Shown: positions 57,258-64,000 of the stretch, in pieces
Numbering within the stretch: position 1 is the first letter of the stretch
Layout: every line of letters starts with the position of its first letter
DNA from: the human T2T-CHM13v2.0 reference genome, Homo sapiens
Length of the DNA stretch: 64,000 nt
Assembly (NCBI RefSeq): GCF_009914755.1
Contig: NC_060935.1
Strand: one strand, 5' to 3'
Program-made: the position numbers and the translations under genes
Notes under the pieces: model-generated
Seen by the model: the letters and a program-made list of their open reading frames with translations, nothing else
Database searches by the model: none
What the model was told of the DNA's origin: nothing

Positions 57258-57824
57258 CTAAGATGGAAAGAATAGAGATATTATGTATGGGCTAAATACC
57301 GTGGGCTTCTTCTCTACAGCCCACCTGGCTCAGGCCTCTGCTGTGTGCCTTGCTCTCCAGTAAGAGAGACCAATCGTGAGCCCTTAATATGGCACCATTC
57401 CCTGAGGGAATATTCAGACATTTGGGTGGTGGTAGGTTGATTACATTGGACCCTTTCCTTTATGGAAGAGACAGCTTTTGTTCTCATTTATTCTGGATGT
57501 AGATTTACCTTCATTGTCTATAGCGCTTCACCATCGCCATCCTTGAACTTACTTACTGCCTTATTTACCATCTGGTTATTATAGGTAGTATTGCATCTGA
57601 TCAAGAAACTAATTTTTTTTGCAAATTGTGGCAGTGGGCTTATGCCCACAGAGTTTACTAATCTTTCCATGAACCTTATCAGTCTACATCAGACCTGAGA
57701 GAATGGTAGAATGACATCTTTAAGACTCAGATGGGGTTCCTGCTAGGCGTAAATATTTTGTGGAGCTAACCTGTGGGATAGGAGTACTATCCCACAAGAT
57801 GCGATTTGTTCTTTGAACTGATGA

Positions 57825-58550
<726 letters not shown>

Positions 58551-58961
58551 TGAGGCGTCCTTTTAAATGTGTCAGCAAATTTTTAAAATCACAGTTTTCT
58601 GAAACGAAGTGAATAAATGGGATTCTAAGTAGTTATGTTTCATTGCCCTTGCCAACTGTGTTCTTTTTTGTACTGTTATTTTTTTGGAAACATATATAAG
58701 CTAATGTTTTAAGATCCTAATATATAAATTCCAAGTAATTACTGAATTTAAAAGGAAATATTTTGCCATGTTTGATTTTTAAAATATATTTTAAAATTGT
58801 AGGGAAAGTCCAGAATGTGTATCACATAGGAAAATTCAAATTATTGACTCTGTATTGATATTTAAAGTCTTATTAGAAATTTGAGTGCTTACATATATCA
58901 TTATGCATATAATTTAACTGCCTCATGTTTGCTTTTTATAATTATTTAAAAAATAGCTCTA

Positions 58962-59145
58962 AGCCGGTGTAGTGGTACATAACTCTAGTCCAAGCTACTC
59001 AGGTGGCTGAGGGCAGGTCAATTGAGATGAGGAATTTGAGGGTGTAGCGTACTATTACGATTGGACCTATGAATAGCTAGCTGCTGCACTCCAACCTGGG
59101 CATCATAGCAAGACCCCATCTCTAAAAACATAAATTTTAAAAAAA
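58962..59145 (+). mobile_element. FAM (fossil Alu monomer)
   Basis: 7SL-derived GTAGCGTACTATTACGAT...TGAATAGC signature; TSD AAAAAAT(A)GCTCTA. Confidence 0.75.
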
Positions 59146-60146
59146 TGCTCTAGTGTGGGCTATTCCAAAACTTAATTTTGATACAAATTATAAATAGCAT
59201 GAAAATAATGAGATATATTTATAATTGTCACTAGTGTATTAAAGTCATGTTAAAAAATTCTTGTGATGGTGTATTGAGTCAACTAAAATAGGATTAAATA
59301 ATTCTTTTGGACTTTAACAAGCCAGAGCATTATTTCTAGGTTCCCCCAATGAATACAACCAAGGAAACTTTGTACCTAATATCTGTGGTTTTATGTGTCT
59401 ACTTTAAATATAGTTTCTTTTTCCTTCTTATACTTTTTAAAGGTTTCTTTTGCAAAAATAATAGAATGATCATCTAGATAGATAAAGCCACCAAAAAAGA
59501 AGAAATCAATGGTAAGATATTAAGACACCAGAAGCACAGTGTGGATAGTGAACATATTGTTTCTAAGAAGAGGATAAAAATAGAGTTATGTTGACTGAGA
59601 TGTTCCCCAGTTTTCCATGCCTTTTCATTTTCCACTATTTTTTATTCCGTTATATTATATGGAGCTTCATGAAAGAAAACAAAAGGGAGATAAGGAGTTG
59701 TAGTTAGGGCTACAAATGAAATGTAATCTTTCCGGATGAGATTTGAAAAGCATCTATGTAGAGAAGCTTAGTTTGGTAAGATATTAAATTCCTAAATCTT
59801 TGTAATGTTTTCATCAAATTTTATTCTCTAGTATTGCCTTTTTCTGTTATATCATATATCCTGGCCATTGTATCTATCTAGTCATTAAACAGCAAATATT
59901 TAGAAAATCAGAGGTTTTTAAAATTATTATTTGCCTGAGTAAGCATCAAACTTGTGTGAGAATCCTATCACGTCTTGTAAAGTAAGCAACTTCAGGGTCA
60001 GATTTAACACTGTTCCTCTCTACTAACATGTTAAATTGGGAATAATATACTCTTTTAAGTTCATAGATTTTAGTTCTTACTTAAATCAGCAAATAAAATA
60101 AGTAAGCATATTACCTATGAGAATCCCCTCCATAGCAAAATTGTGA

Positions 60147-60419
<273 letters not shown>

Positions 60420-60723
60420 TAAAGAGTAATTCTGAAATTTTCAGTCATGCTGTGTATCCCTTTATAAATCATTCAGTTGAATCATATGTCCAATCCATCT
60501 GACTTTAATACCCTACATTTTAATTAATTGGATAACACATGGCATTAATGTGATGTGTGCTAGGAAATTAGGGGAAGAATCAACTTCTTGAACTAGAAAA
60601 TAATAGACAGTTTTTGAAACAACTCATTGTTTTGTGAAATTCTAGAGTCCTTGCTGTCAATATTTTTGTCTTTAATCAAACCAGCAAAACTCTGACTGTA
60701 TTTAAGATTTCTGTTCCGCTGGA

Positions 60724-60736
60724 GCCAAGATGGCCG
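60724..60736 (+). promoter_or_regulatory. L1 5' YY1 site
   Basis: GCCAAGATGGCCG intact. Confidence 0.8.
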
Positions 60737-60984
60737 AATAGGAACAGCTCTGGTCTACAGCTCCCAGCGTGAGTGACGCAGAAGACGGGTGATTTCTGCA
60801 TTTCCATCGGAGGTACCAGGTTCATCTCACTAGGGAGTGCCAGACAGTGGGCACAGGACAGTGGGTGCAGCGCACCGTGCGCGAGCCGAAGCAGGGCGAG
60901 GCATTGCCTCACTCGGGAAGCACAAGGGGTCAGGGAGTTCCCTTTCCTAGTCAAAGAAAGGGGTGACAGACAGCACCTGGAAAA

Positions 60985-61167
60985 TCAGGTCACTCCCACC
61001 CCAGTACTACGCTTTTCCGACGGGCTTAAAAAACGGCGCACCAGGAGATTACATCCCGCACCTGGCTCGGAGGGTCCTATGGCCACGGAGTCTCGCTGAT
61101 TGCTAGCACAGCAGTCTGAGATCAAACTGCAAGGCAGCAGCAAGGCTGGGGAAAGGGCGCCCGCCAT
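60985..61167 (-). pseudogene. L1 ORF0, truncated to 60 aa
   Basis: MAGALSPALLLPCSLISDCCASNQRDS...; premature TGA where the consensus has CGA. Confidence 0.8.
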
Positions 61168-61750
61168 TGCCCAGGCTTGCTTAGGTAAACAAAGCAGCTG
61201 GGAAGCTCGAACTGGGTGGAGCCAACCACAGCCCAAGGAGGCCTGCCTGCCTCTGTAGGCTCCACCTCTGGGGGCAGGGCACAGACAAACAAAAAGACAG
61301 CAGTAACCTCTGCAGACTTAAATGTCCCCGTCTGACAGCTTTGAAGAGAGCAGTGGTTCTCCCAGCACGCAGCTGGAGATCTGAGAACGGGCAGACTGCC
61401 TCCTCAAGTGGGTCCCTGACCCCTGACCCCCGAGCAGCCTAACTGGGAGGCACCCCCTAGTAGGGGCAGACTGACACCTCACACGGCTGGGTACTCCTCT
61501 GAGACAAAACTTCCAGAGGAACGATCAGACAGCAGCGTTCACGGTTCACGAAAATCTGCTGTTCTGCAGCCACCGCTGCTGGTACCCAGGCAAACAGGGT
61601 CTGGAGTGCACCTCTAGCAAACTCCAACAGACCTGCAGCTGAGGGTCCTGTCTGTTAGAAGGAAAACTAACAAACAGAAAGGACATCCACACCAAAAACC
61701 CATCTGTACATCACCATCATCAAAGACCAAAAGTAGATAAAACCACAAAG

Positions 61751-62767
61751 ATGGGGAAAAAACAGAGCAGAAAAACTGGAAACTCTAAAAAGCAGAACGC
61801 CTCTCCTCCTCCAAAGGAACTCAGCTCCTCACCAGCAATGGAACAAAGCTGGACGGAGAATGACTTTGACGAGTTGAGAGAAGAAGGCTTCAGACGATCA
61901 AATTACTCTGAGCTACAGGAGGAAATTCAAACCAAAGGCAAAGAAGTTGAAAACTTTGAAAAAAATTTAGAAGAATGTATAACTAGAATAACCAATACAG
62001 AGAAGTGCTTAAAGGAGCTGATGGAGCTGAAAGCCAAGGCTCGAAAACTACGTGAAGAATGCAGAAGCCTCAGGAGCCGATGTGATCAACCGGAAGAAAG
62101 GGTTTCGGTGATGGAAGATGAAACGAATGAAATGAAGCAAGAAGGGAAGTTTAGAGAACAAAGAATAAAAAGAAACAAACAAAGCCTCCAAGAAATATGG
62201 GACTATGTGAAAAGACCAAATCTATGTCTGACTGGTATACCTGAAAGTGAGGGGGAGAATGGAACCAAGATGGAAAACACTCTGTAGGATATTATCCAGG
62301 AGAACTTCCCCAATCTAGCAAGGCAGGCCAACATTCAGATTCAGGAAATACAGAGAACGCCACAAAGATACTCCTCGAGAAGAGCAACTCCAAGACTCAT
62401 AACTGTCAGATTCACCAAAGTTGAAATGAAGGAAAAAAATGTTAAGGGCAGCCAGAGAGAAAGATTGGGTTACCACAAAGGGAAGCCCATCAGACTAACA
62501 GCGGATCTCTCAGCAGAAACTCTACAAGCCAGAAGAGAGTGGGGGCCAATATTCAACATTCTTAAAGAAAAGAATTTTCAACCCAGAATTTCATATCCAG
62601 CCAAACTAAGCTTCATAAGTAAAGGAGAAATAAAATACTTTACAGACAAGCAAATGCTGAGAGATTTTGTCACCACCAGGCCTGCCCTAAAAGAGCTCCT
62701 GAAGGAAGCACTAAACATGGAAAGGAACAACTGGTACCAGCCACTGCAAAATCATGCCAAATTGTAA
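61751..62767 (+). pseudogene. L1 ORF1, disrupted
   Basis: MGKKQSRKTGNSK...; TAG at 62285-62287; small indels near 62435-62470. Confidence 0.9.
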
Positions 62768-62815
62768 AGACCATCGAGGCTAGGAAGAAACTGCATCAAC
62801 TAATGAGCAAAATAA

Positions 62816-64000
<1,185 letters not shown>

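Overview
Human-like primate genomic DNA covering the middle of PDE3B (cGMP-inhibited 3',5'-cyclic phosphodiesterase 3B) on the + strand. Ten consecutive coding exons (exons 3-12 by my recollection of the canonical transcript, about aa 344-840) splice with GT-AG boundaries and consistent phases into one open frame. That frame runs from the regulatory region into the catalytic domain (HNRIH and HDYDH motifs, PDE3-specific insert). The introns are mostly transposon relics: three L1s that retain their 5' UTR (L1PA7-like on -, L1PA13-like on +, L1PA3-like on + running off the right edge), several truncated L1s, about 13 Alus, MaLR/ERVL/ERV1 LTRs, an ERVL internal relic and DNA transposons. Most long ORFs in the supplied track are L1 or Alu fragments. 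I found no new protein-coding system. The most notable signals are retrotransposition events readable from the sequence: two separate L1 3' transductions, an inverted self-templated insertion in an L1, a CpG-decayed AluYa5, a TSD-less Alu, a 270-bp monomer array in an old L1 5' UTR, and L1 antisense promoters placed where they could affect PDE3B. Repeat subfamily names come from remembered consensus motifs and need RepeatMasker/Dfam confirmation.
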